From the NCBI GenBank assembly GCA_002782365.1, contig PFHP01000034.1, positions 392 to 24,697 on the forward strand: a DNA stretch of 24,306 nt, read 5' to 3'. Shown piece after piece: positions 15,991 to 24,306 of the stretch; positions within the stretch are counted from its first letter, which is position 1, and each line of letters opens with the position of its first letter. Source of the DNA: Candidatus Kuenenbacteria bacterium CG_4_8_14_3_um_filter_39_15. Lineage in GTDB: Bacteria; Patescibacteriota; Patescibacteriia; UBA2196; GWA2-42-15. The translations under genes were made by a program, and so were the position numbers. A model generated the notes under the pieces. It was given only the letters and a program-made list of their open reading frames with translations, was not told the origin of the DNA and ran no database searches.

Positions 15991-16039
15991 TGGACAAATA
16001 TGGTAGTGCATTGACATATTTGTCCAGTAATGCTATACT
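15991..16039 (+). promoter_or_regulatory. Promoter for the ATPase gene, with a 12-bp inverted repeat around the -35 box
   Basis: TTGACA(16011-16016)-N17-TATACT(16034-16039) with extended TG. Inverted repeat TGGACAAATATG(15991-16002)/CATATTTGTCCA(16015-16026). Confidence 0.7.
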
Positions 16040-16047
16040 GATAATAT

Positions 16048-17226
16048 ATGATAAAACGACAAATTTCCAAACAAATTCTTAAATATCTTAAACAATACCC
16101 TGTAATATCACTGACGGGCCCAAGACAATCAGGAAAAACAACCTTGGTTAAAAATATTTTTCCTAAAATGGATTATCTTAATCTTGAAGATATTGAAACT
16201 AGAGATTTTGCCATGCGCGACCCGAAAAGTTTTTTGGGTAACCACCCAAAAGGCCTTATTATTGATGAAGTACAGCGAATACCTGAATTAATGTCGCAGA
16301 TACAGGTAATAGTGGACGAAAAAAAAGTACCAGGTCAGTTTATTTTAACGGGATCACAAAATTTTCTTTTAATGGAAAAAGTCAGCCAATCTTTAGCTGG
16401 CAGGACGGCTATTTTAAATTTGCTGCCCTTTTCCCTACTTGAATTGGAAAAAGCGAATATTAATTTAAGTGGGGAATTGGAAAAAATTTTACTAAAAGGT
16501 TTTTACCCGAAGTTATTTGATCAAAAGATAGAGATTAAAAATTATTATTCAAACTATATTCAAACCTATATTGAAAGAGATGTGCGAACGTTAAAAAATA
16601 TTGCTAATCTCAATACTTTTAAACGTTTTTTGGATTTATGCGCCGGCAGGTGCGGACAGATATTGAATTATTTTTCTCTGGCACAAGATTGTGGCATTGA
16701 TCAAAAAACAGCTAAAGAATGGGTATCGATTCTAGAAGCCAGTTTTATTATATTTTTACTGAGGCCTCATTATAAGAATTTCAATAAAAGAGTAACTAAG
16801 ATGCCAAAATTATATTTTTACGATACAGGACTTGCTTGCTCGCTTTTAAATATTTTAAACAAAAAACAGTTGGGGGATCATTATTTAAAAGGCGGCTTGT
16901 TTGAGTCGTTTGTTATTTCTGAATTTTATAAACACAAACTAAATTTAGCTGAAAGGCCTAATTATTATTTTTGGCGCAATAAAACAGGTAATGAAGTAGA
17001 TTTGATTATAGAAAAAGCAGATAAATCAATACCATTGGAAATAAAAGCCGGCAAAACGATCAGCCAGGAATATTTTAAAGGATTAAATTATTTTAATAAA
17101 TTATCAGGCAATAATCCTAAAAATTCTTATGTTATCTACGCTGGCGATCAAAAGCAAGTGGGATCCAGCGGCAATGTTTTCAGCTGGCACAGCCTGCCAG
17201 CAGAGTTAGATAGAATAGACCGATAG
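16048..17226 (+). CDS. AAA_14 ATPase with C-terminal DUF4143 (PD-(D/E)xK-like) domain
   Basis: GPRQSGKTT (Walker A), IIDEVQ (Walker B), FILTGS, LAGR, YIQTYIERDV, PKLYFYDTG, GGLFESFV, YFWR...EVDLII...LEIK. Confidence 0.88.
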   Translation: MIKRQISKQILKYLKQYPVISLTGPRQSGKTTLVKNIFPKMDYLNLEDIETRDFAMRDPKSFLGNHPKGLIIDEVQRIPELMSQIQVIVDEKKVPGQFILTGSQNFLLMEKVSQSLAGRTAILNLLPFSLLELEKANINLSGELEKILLKGFYPKLFDQKIEIKNYYSNYIQTYIERDVRTLKNIANLNTFKRFLDLCAGRCGQILNYFSLAQDCGIDQKTAKEWVSILEASFIIFLLRPHYKNFNKRVTKMPKLYFYDTGLACSLLNILNKKQLGDHYLKGGLFESFVISEFYKHKLNLAERPNYYFWRNKTGNEVDLIIEKADKSIPLEIKAGKTISQEYFKGLNYFNKLSGNNPKNSYVIYAGDQKQVGSSGNVFSWHSLPAELDRIDR

Positions 17227-17317
17227 AATTGTCGTCTTTTCAATGTGAATTAAAATAAGTTTGCATTTTTTTCATTATTTCTGTAATATAACAATAGAAT
17301 AAAAACAAAATAACAGG

Positions 17318-17341
17318 AGCAAGTTGGAGGACTTGCTTTTT
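17318..17341 (+). terminator. Hairpin with GGAGG loop followed by a U-tract
   Basis: AGCAAGT-tggagg-ACTTGCT followed by TTTT. Confidence 0.5.
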
Positions 17342-17387
17342 GGTTTTTAAAAAAAATTTAAATTAAATAACTAAAAGTTTAAAATCG

Positions 17388-17418
17388 AACGCCAAACTTG
17401 GTTTGGCGTTTTTATTTT
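17388..17418 (+). terminator. Rho-independent terminator
   Basis: Perfect 10-bp stem AACGCCAAAC-ttg-GTTTGGCGTT followed by TTTATTTT. Confidence 0.7.
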
Positions 17419-17450
17419 GTTTTACTATATTTTAGGGCTATAATGGATAT

Positions 17451-18935
17451 ATGGAAAAATACTATAAAAAAATATTGTGGTTAGCTATCGCCTTGTATCT
17501 GGTGGTTTTCTCGTTGGTTTCATTTTGTAGATACACGCATTTTCTGTATAACGGCCTTGATCTGGCAATTATCAATAATGTTTTTTGGAATACGGTTCAT
17601 GGCCATTGGTTTTGGTCAAGTATCCAGGGACATTCATACTTGGGCGACCATTGCTCGCCAATCCTAATTTTATTACTGCCAGTTTATTTTTTGTGGCAAT
17701 CGCCACTGCTGCTTTTAATTCTGCAAAGTGTTTTTCTCGGACTGGCCGCCTGGCCAATCTATAAAATTAGCCAATTTAAGTTAAAAGACAACAGTCTGGC
17801 TCTAGGGATTGCCGCCTTATGGCTGATTAATCCCCTGACTCATAATATCAATCTGTATGAATTTAGTTTTATCTCGCTGGCGCCGTTTTTGTTTTTAATG
17901 GCGTTTTATTTTTATTTAAAAAATAAAATATTATTATTTTCTATTTTTATTTTTTTAAGCCTGCTGATTCGCGAAGATGTTGCTTTTATAATTTTAATAT
18001 TTAGTTTAATTATTTTATTTAATAAAAAATATAAAATTGCTGTAATTTTATTTTTTACTTCTATTGCTTGGATTATAATTGCCAACAAAATAATTGCTAG
18101 TTTTTCATCATCTAATTTCTCACCCTTTCTCTATTACTACAGCTGGCTCGGCTCGGCTGGCAGCAGCGCGATTGCGGCTCATATTTTAAGTTACAAAAAT
18201 CTTGAAATGATAACCGGGTTTTTACTGCCTTTTTTGTTTATCCCACTCCTTAAGCCTCAATGGCTGCTGCTAGCTTTAATCCCTTTGGCAGAAATTATAC
18301 TTTCAGCGGCCGGCGGCGGCGCTCAAATTTTTATGATGCATTACGGGGCATTGTTTTTACCAGCGCTAGTCATCGCGTTTATTGGTGGATTTCACCGAGC
18401 AAACCAATTTGTTGAGGATAAATTAAAATCAAAATATCTGTTGCTGATCTGCTTAATGGTGATAAATATTTTCTTGTGGGTTGATTTTGGAGTTTTTAAA
18501 AAAGAAATTTATCCTAACCGGAGTAAGTGGTCAAACACACAGCAGGATAATATTAATGAGATGCTTAAATCCGTTGTAACCCAGGATAAAACTGCCAGTA
18601 TTCTGGCCAGTTATCGCTTGCTGGCCAATTTATCAAGCCGAGAAAATATTTATGCGCTTCATTACTATTTTTTGGGCGTGCAGCAATTTGCCCAGGGACA
18701 GTATATATTAAATAAAAAGCCAGCATATGTAATTCTGGATAAAAATGATCTGCTTGATTTTAAAGAAAATCTTAAGAACTCAAAATGGGCCGGACAATAT
18801 TATGAAAACGGCCAGGAAAGATTAAAAGAATTATTGCAAGATTATGGAGTGGTTGATTTTCAAGCTGATGTGGCGCTATTTAAAAGAGGGTATAAGAGTG
18901 AGATTCAACTGAATAAACTTAATTTGGATTGGTAA
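17451..18935 (+). CDS. DUF2079 family membrane protein (predicted GT-C glycosyltransferase)
   Basis: YNGLDLAI.NNVFWN..HG, SYLGDHCSPILILL.P.Y, LLLILQS, LREDV-like IREDVA, MHYGA; many transmembrane segments. Confidence 0.8.
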   Translation: MEKYYKKILWLAIALYLVVFSLVSFCRYTHFLYNGLDLAIINNVFWNTVHGHWFWSSIQGHSYLGDHCSPILILLLPVYFLWQSPLLLLILQSVFLGLAAWPIYKISQFKLKDNSLALGIAALWLINPLTHNINLYEFSFISLAPFLFLMAFYFYLKNKILLFSIFIFLSLLIREDVAFIILIFSLIILFNKKYKIAVILFFTSIAWIIIANKIIASFSSSNFSPFLYYYSWLGSAGSSAIAAHILSYKNLEMITGFLLPFLFIPLLKPQWLLLALIPLAEIILSAAGGGAQIFMMHYGALFLPALVIAFIGGFHRANQFVEDKLKSKYLLLICLMVINIFLWVDFGVFKKEIYPNRSKWSNTQQDNINEMLKSVVTQDKTASILASYRLLANLSSRENIYALHYYFLGVQQFAQGQYILNKKPAYVILDKNDLLDFKENLKNSKWAGQYYENGQERLKELLQDYGVVDFQADVALFKRGYKSEIQLNKLNLDW

Positions 18936-20433
18936 AAATGTAGACGCTCGGCCTTTCAAAGCCGCCAAATTGCTCTTGGTGAATTAAGGGCCAGTTATGC
19001 GCACTAAACCAATCTAAAACCAAGTTGGCATTATGGATGGTGCCGGCCACACAGGGGCTGATGACAATCGCTCTTTTTTTGTTGCCTAAAATTTGGTTAA
19101 TATCAGGCATATTTTCTTTAGTCAGCACTGGATACCAATTATATTTCACCGCACTCAAAAGCAAATCATCTTCAATGCCTGCTGGTTTATAACCAACAAC
19201 CTCAAGCTTGCCATGGTAATAATAATCAAAAGGCAGTTGGTAGACAAAAGCAGCCACTAAAATTTTATCAGCCGGCTGTTCTACTGATTCAATATATCGC
19301 GCAACCTTATGCCATTTATGATGATATTGCTGAATGAAAAACAGATTATAGGGCAGGAGAAAAATAATAATAATAACAACAAGAGAGACAAGATATTTTA
19401 CTTTAAGTTTAAGATTGCTGAAACCATAAGCCAGAGTTAAATAACAGCCAATTGAGGCGATTGAATAATATTTGACGACCCAAACTTGCAAAAGAAAACC
19501 AAGGAAAATCGGGGTAAGAAAAAGCAAAAGTAAAAAGACTATTGCTGGCGAAAAATTAAAATTTAACCGCAGTTCCCTGGCGGCTAAAGAAAATGATTTA
19601 ATTTTTGTAAAACTTGCTAAAAATAAGACGAAAAACAGTATGAGGGCAATCAATTCAATATAAGGGACTTCAATGGCTAAAAAGAAAAAGGAACGGGGCA
19701 ATTGGAATAAAAAGAAACCTTCTCCTGATGTGTGCCAATACCAAGCAGTTGAATCAAATCTGCTGAAATGAGTGAGCATAAACGAAATCAGCCAAGGACT
19801 AAAAAGAGCCAAAATAATAATTTGAGCATAAAGCCATGATAAAAGTTTTGGCTTTTTGATTTTCAGATAAAAATAATGATAAAAAAAATAGAGATTTTGG
19901 CTGATGAGCAAAAATAGCCCGGTCAGATGAGTATAGTAAGTTAAGAGGGTAAATAAGACATAGAAAAACCAGTTTATCTTCTTTTGACCAGCTAAAACCT
20001 GTAAAAAAAAGTAGCTGGATAAAATACCAAAAAAAAGCATCGGGGCATACATCCTGCCATCCATGGAGAGATGAAGCTGATAAGAAGAAATGGCGAATAA
20101 AAAAGCGGCGAATAATCCTGTTTGAGAATTTTTTAATTTTTTGCCTAGAAAATAGAGAGCCATGATGCCTAGAATACTAAATAAAACTGATGATAGCCGG
20201 ACAGAAATTTCTGTTTGGCCAAAGATACTTGTCCAGTAGTGGAGCAACCAGTAATGCAAGGGCGGGTTATTCTCCCATTGCAAATACTGCCAGCTCGCGA
20301 GAATATTATGCTGGGCAATTGATAAGCTGACTGCTTCGTCAAACCAAAAACTTTGAGAATTTAAAACAGCCGGGATTTTAAAAGCCAGGGCGAGCAGAAT
20401 TATGAGTAATAACAGCAGAATAGATTTTCTCAT
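18919..20433 (-). CDS. GT-C (PMT/ArnT, GT39-like) membrane glycosyltransferase
   Basis: QSFWFDEAVS, NNPPLHYWLLHYW..IFG..E.SVRL.S, SMDGRMYA, YTHLTG; polytopic membrane protein. Confidence 0.82.
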   Translation of the reverse strand: MRKSILLLLLIILLALAFKIPAVLNSQSFWFDEAVSLSIAQHNILASWQYLQWENNPPLHYWLLHYWTSIFGQTEISVRLSSVLFSILGIMALYFLGKKLKNSQTGLFAAFLFAISSYQLHLSMDGRMYAPMLFFGILSSYFFLQVLAGQKKINWFFYVLFTLLTYYTHLTGLFLLISQNLYFFYHYFYLKIKKPKLLSWLYAQIIILALFSPWLISFMLTHFSRFDSTAWYWHTSGEGFFLFQLPRSFFFLAIEVPYIELIALILFFVLFLASFTKIKSFSLAARELRLNFNFSPAIVFLLLLFLTPIFLGFLLQVWVVKYYSIASIGCYLTLAYGFSNLKLKVKYLVSLVVIIIIFLLPYNLFFIQQYHHKWHKVARYIESVEQPADKILVAAFVYQLPFDYYYHGKLEVVGYKPAGIEDDLLLSAVKYNWYPVLTKENMPDINQILGNKKRAIVISPCVAGTIHNANLVLDWFSAHNWPLIHQEQFGGFERPSVYIFTNPN

Positions 20434-20466
20434 GATTTTATAAACCTTAATCTAATTAATTCTATT

Positions 20467-21177
20467 TTAGCTAAATATACCATATCTTAAAATACACCAC
20501 ACAGCCAAGAAAGCATGGCGCAATTTTAATTTTTTACCTTCCTGATAGGTACGGCCAGTGTAGGAAATACCAACTTCATAAAATCTAAATTTCTGGCGAG
20601 CGACCTTAATAGTAAATTCATTTTCAAAACCAAAACCTTTTTCTTTAAGTTTGATTTTGTTTAACACCTCTTTACTAAATACTTTATAACCAGTTTCCAC
20701 ATCGGTTAAATTCAAATTAGTAACAATGTTGGAAAAAAGCACAATTATTTTATTGCCAAAATAGTGCCAAAAATATAAAACGCGGTGAGGTTTATCGCCG
20801 ACAAATCTTGAACCATAAACGATATCAGCATTGCCATCAAGAATTGGCTTTATTAAATCTTTGTAATCAATTGGATCATATTCAAGATCACCGTCTTGGA
20901 TAATAATAACATCACCCGAGGCATGACCGAAGCCGGTTCGTAGAGCTTCACCTTTGCCGGAATTTTTCTGATGATAAAAGATTTTGATGTCATTTTGACG
21001 AATATTAGCAAGAATGTCCTTTGTTCCATCAGTAGAACCATCATCAACAATTATTATTTCTTTAATTAGGCCATTGGTGTAGCTATTCTGCACTTTTTTA
21101 AGAATAGCTAAAAAAGTATCTTTTTCATTATATACTGGAATAATAATTGATACTTTTTGAAAGCTATTTTTTAACAT
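20467..21177 (-). CDS. GT2 glycosyltransferase (polyprenol-phosphate sugar synthase-like)
   Basis: VSIIIPVYNE, EIIIVDDGSTDGT, NSGKGEALRTG, IIIQDGDLEYDP, VYGSRF, LTDVETGYK, FGFENE, EVGISY.GRT..EGKK. Confidence 0.92.
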   Translation of the reverse strand: MLKNSFQKVSIIIPVYNEKDTFLAILKKVQNSYTNGLIKEIIIVDDGSTDGTKDILANIRQNDIKIFYHQKNSGKGEALRTGFGHASGDVIIIQDGDLEYDPIDYKDLIKPILDGNADIVYGSRFVGDKPHRVLYFWHYFGNKIIVLFSNIVTNLNLTDVETGYKVFSKEVLNKIKLKEKGFGFENEFTIKVARQKFRFYEVGISYTGRTYQEGKKLKLRHAFLAVWCILRYGIFS

Positions 21178-21204
21178 AAATTGAGAAAATATTTAAAGGT
21201 TGGT

Positions 21205-22539
21205 TTATTGTGACTCATTTAATTTGCGTTTTTTATCAAATTTATCCTTATAGAGAAGATGGAGATATTTGCCGGGATCTTCAAGAGATTTGGCATTTTG
21301 GCAACTAAAGATTGGGTGATTTTTCCAATCCCACAACTGATTCCGGTGATTAATAACATCATCAGCAGTATTACCCATGCGACAAGGGGAAAAAAAGGCT
21401 CCAATGATTTCAATATAAAAAGAGAGGCAGACTAATATAACAAAAAAATATTTTAATATAATATTTTTGTTATCCAGCAACTTTTCCCAAAAAATGGCAA
21501 GCAAAACCAATAATCCAGGCAGCATTTCAATTAATAAACGATAACCAAAACCCCAGCCTCCCCACCACATTACCCACTTTGAATATAACAGCCACAGTAA
21601 AATTGTGCCAATGGAAATATATTTATATAACGGATTAAATTCTTTTTTTGTAAAAACAAAATAAATTGCTACAAATGCAAAAATAAATATGGGGGAATGG
21701 GTCAGTAAGCCATGGCTAGGACTAAAAAATAATCCAAGAAGACCATTAAAGATATTATTTGTAAAATGATAAACTTGAGCCTGTCCAAGATTTTTAAATT
21801 GATGATAATAAATATAGGAGTAAGTAAACAAAAGGCCAATTGGGATGCTGCCTAAAATTAAAAATTTTATTATTTGCTTCCTGTGATGAACGCAAATATA
21901 AATGAATATCGGCAAGAATAATAAAAGATCCGAAGGCCTGCTCCAAATTGCCCAGCCAGCAAAAAAACCAACCCAAGCTAAATATTTCGACTTTTTTTGG
22001 CCTAAAAATAATAAAAACAATGAGATATTAATAAATAATACGCTGGGCCCGTGTTGCCACAATCCCCGACTGGCCACCGTCCATATATTGGTGGCAAAAC
22101 CAAAAATTAGCGCCATAAATAAAGAAGTCTTGGGCCTAAAAATTTGACTAAGCGCTAAATACATAAAAACTACTGCCAAAGAGGCAATTAGGGAACTTGT
22201 TATTTTTGAAAGTAGTTTCGTATGCGCTGTAATGTCAAAACCAAGTAAATCAACAAAATAATAAATAGGAACAGCTAATATCCCGGGCAAAACAGGATAA
22301 ACAGAAACGACTTTACCCGTGGGCTCAACCCGATAAAACCAATATTGGCTGTGCGTCTGGCCGTTATCTGAAAAAAATTCACTAAAATCCAAATCAAAAT
22401 CTTTGATGATAGTAATAGGTGTTAGCTCCGCAGCCCTTGTGTCGCCGCTTGTTTCGTAGCTTAAATTTAAATTGTAAACAATAAAAGACAATAGAAATAA
22501 AATTACACAATTTTGAAATAATTTTTGATTTGATAACAT
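21205..22539 (-). CDS. Polytopic membrane protein, probable GT-C glycosyltransferase (ATG 22539; TTG 22563 is an alternative start)
   Basis: SGD in the first loop, S.YP.LPG.LA.P, SRGLWQHG, RP, GLFFSPSHGLL..SP, WWGGWGFGYRLL; about 10 hydrophobic segments. Confidence 0.65.
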   Translation of the reverse strand: MLSNQKLFQNCVILFLLSFIVYNLNLSYETSGDTRAAELTPITIIKDFDLDFSEFFSDNGQTHSQYWFYRVEPTGKVVSVYPVLPGILAVPIYYFVDLLGFDITAHTKLLSKITSSLIASLAVVFMYLALSQIFRPKTSLFMALIFGFATNIWTVASRGLWQHGPSVLFINISLFLLFLGQKKSKYLAWVGFFAGWAIWSRPSDLLLFLPIFIYICVHHRKQIIKFLILGSIPIGLLFTYSYIYYHQFKNLGQAQVYHFTNNIFNGLLGLFFSPSHGLLTHSPIFIFAFVAIYFVFTKKEFNPLYKYISIGTILLWLLYSKWVMWWGGWGFGYRLLIEMLPGLLVLLAIFWEKLLDNKNIILKYFFVILVCLSFYIEIIGAFFSPCRMGNTADDVINHRNQLWDWKNHPIFSCQNAKSLEDPGKYLHLLYKDKFDKKRKLNESQ

Positions 22540-22607
22540 AAATTGATTAGAATACTTTAACAAAAATATCCTTATAATATTGCCTGCATAAACCTAAATA
22601 ATTTTGT

Positions 22608-24017
22608 TTAATTTGAATCAGCAGTATCTGTTTTGATTATAAACTTTTCTTTACTAAAATTCCACTCAAAAGCAATTACTTTATTTGTATTAAAAGGAAT
22701 CATTTTAGGAATAAAATGAATTTTATTATAAGAAACATTAAAATAAAGCTGAAGCATATCATATATATATGGGGCATTCTGGCCAAAGGGAAAATCACCC
22801 ACGATAAAAACATTATACCCACGATACTGTGCCATGTTCAGAATACTAAGACTGTAATACAAATTTCTGCTTACCTGGCCGAGTTTATAATAGCCGCGAT
22901 TGTCCTCTCTAATTTTATGGGCATTAAAAAATAATAATATCGCCATCATTAAAAATATAAAAAATTTGTAGCTTTTGTGCCGTGAGGATTGGTAAAGTAA
23001 ATAGATTACAGTAGCTAACAAGCAAGAGGTACCGACGGAGATCAGATAATTATAACGCGAAGCCAAGAAAAAATGGTAACTGCCCATATTAAAAAAAATT
23101 GGGGGTAGCGAAGCAATTAATATCCAACCTCCAAAAAATAAAAGGATTCTTCGGTACTCTCTATTTTTTAAAAAAATCAATGTGATCACTAAAAACAAAG
23201 CCAGAAACAAAATAGTAATTAAAGATAAATTTTCAAACCCAAATATGGCATGACCTGTATTAAAAAATAAAATTTTCAGCTGGGACATCTTGATCTTATA
23301 TTCATAACCATAAACCGCGAGGTTGTTAAATAAATATAGATATTGCATCACTAGATAACCAATGGTTGCGGCCCACAATGGCAGCAAGATGGTAGCATCT
23401 TTTTTATACCAATTTTTATATTTATAAAACAATAAAAACTCCAAGCTTAAAATAATCACTAAAATTGATGAGGATTCCTTGGTTAAGAGAGCCGCTATCA
23501 AAGCGCTTAAAGTTGCTAAATAAACAAAAAAATTCCTATTTTCTAAATAATACCAAAATAAATTTGCGGCGAGTAGAACAAAAAAAGTATCAATAAGGGA
23601 GGTTGCGGCGCTAATCCACATCACGGCTTCACGATGACTATATAAACAAATAAATATGATAGCGGCCAACCAGCCGATTGCCCATCGTTTTGTAATATTT
23701 TTGCCTAGTAAATATACAAGATAACCATTAACTCCATGTAATAATATATTTACCAAATAATAATAAACAGGGTGGCTGCCAAATAAATGATATGTTATAT
23801 AGAAATAAAAATTTACAGTTGTCCTTAAAAAACCCGCGAAACGTAAAAAAACAAAATCATACCAGTTGTAAAGTGAATGATCTGCTCGAAACAACCATGA
23901 AAAATCATCTGAAAAAAAGAAATTCTTCAAAATAGGACAAAAAATAACAAGGGATAAAAAAATAGATAAAAGCAAGGGGATAATAATCTTTTTTATTATA
24001 ACACGATAATATCTCAT
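22608..24017 (-). CDS. Polytopic membrane protein, probable GT-C (TMTC-like N-terminal domain)
   Basis: FFFSDDF in the first loop, FLR, YYLVNILLHGVN, HREAVMWIS, ALLTKES, RYNY. Confidence 0.68.
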   Translation of the reverse strand: MRYYRVIIKKIIIPLLLSIFLSLVIFCPILKNFFFSDDFSWLFRADHSLYNWYDFVFLRFAGFLRTTVNFYFYITYHLFGSHPVYYYLVNILLHGVNGYLVYLLGKNITKRWAIGWLAAIIFICLYSHREAVMWISAATSLIDTFFVLLAANLFWYYLENRNFFVYLATLSALIAALLTKESSSILVIILSLEFLLFYKYKNWYKKDATILLPLWAATIGYLVMQYLYLFNNLAVYGYEYKIKMSQLKILFFNTGHAIFGFENLSLITILFLALFLVITLIFLKNREYRRILLFFGGWILIASLPPIFFNMGSYHFFLASRYNYLISVGTSCLLATVIYLLYQSSRHKSYKFFIFLMMAILLFFNAHKIREDNRGYYKLGQVSRNLYYSLSILNMAQYRGYNVFIVGDFPFGQNAPYIYDMLQLYFNVSYNKIHFIPKMIPFNTNKVIAFEWNFSKEKFIIKTDTADSN

Positions 24018-24306
24018 TTTTTTAGCCTTAATCTAAAAACAGTCATAAAAAATTCAATTATATCCTTAATGCCCAATTTTGATTGGCCAAATTTTCTGTC
24101 TATAAAAGTAACTGGAACTTCTGCTATGCTGTATCCTTTTTTTTCAGAGCGATAAATAAGTTCTTCCTGGAAAGCATAACCATTCGCTTTAATCGTTTGA
24201 AAATCAATGTCTTTAAGCATTGTGGCTTTAAGACATCGGTAACCGGCAGTAATGTCTCTTGTTTTTAAGCCAAGCATGGCGCGAGCAAAACTCATCGCTA
24301 AAATGC
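24014..24306 (-). CDS. Polyprenol-monophosphomannose synthase-like GT2, C-terminal part (truncated by window end)
   Basis: Frame open to the window edge. D.TAGYRC, NGYAFQEEL, EVPVTFIDR..GQSKL. Stop overlaps the next start (24014-24017). Confidence 0.85.
   Translation of the reverse strand, partial: ILAMSFARAMLGLKTRDITAGYRCLKATMLKDIDFQTIKANGYAFQEELIYRSEKKGYSIAEVPVTFIDRKFGQSKLGIKDIIEFFMTVFRLRLKK

Noticed and set aside
15960-17450. Integrative element at tRNA-Leu
   Set aside because: No integrase and no duplicated tRNA 3' end (att) found in the window.
17931-17956. Heptamer tract in the DUF2079 gene (TTATTAT TTTCTAT TTTTAT...)
   Set aside because: Too degenerate; explained by T-rich codons of a transmembrane helix.

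Overview
AT-rich bacterial window that looks like a CPR/Patescibacteria genome (inferred from the intron-bearing, divergent, unlinked 16S and the gene content); standard code 11, since TGA is used as a stop. It starts inside a group I intron with a LAGLIDADG homing endonuclease, inserted at 16S position 516. Next come the 3' two-thirds of the 16S rRNA (no tRNA or 23S follows), rpsP, valS and an orphan PD-(D/E)xK-like ORF. A long minus-strand run follows: yebC-ruvC-glgA-GH57-APH-fold kinase-pyruvyltransferase-like-glgA, then dksA/traR-lspA-comM. After that are rplS, tRNA-Leu(GAG), an AAA_14/DUF4143 ATPase and an island of GT-C/GT2 membrane glycosyltransferases. The most striking unexplained signal is a recurring module inside essential genes (valS, yebC): a 7-nt tandem repeat tract interrupted by a CCCCG...CGGGG hairpin, kept in frame. 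Pure 7-mer and 9-mer tracts also occur in valS, and hairpins with the same stem cluster just after the 16S. Other notable points are three apparently leaderless genes, an alpha-glucan locus with unexpected modifying enzymes, and a ~124-bp composite palindromic element. All calls are from reading the sequence by eye; no searches were run.
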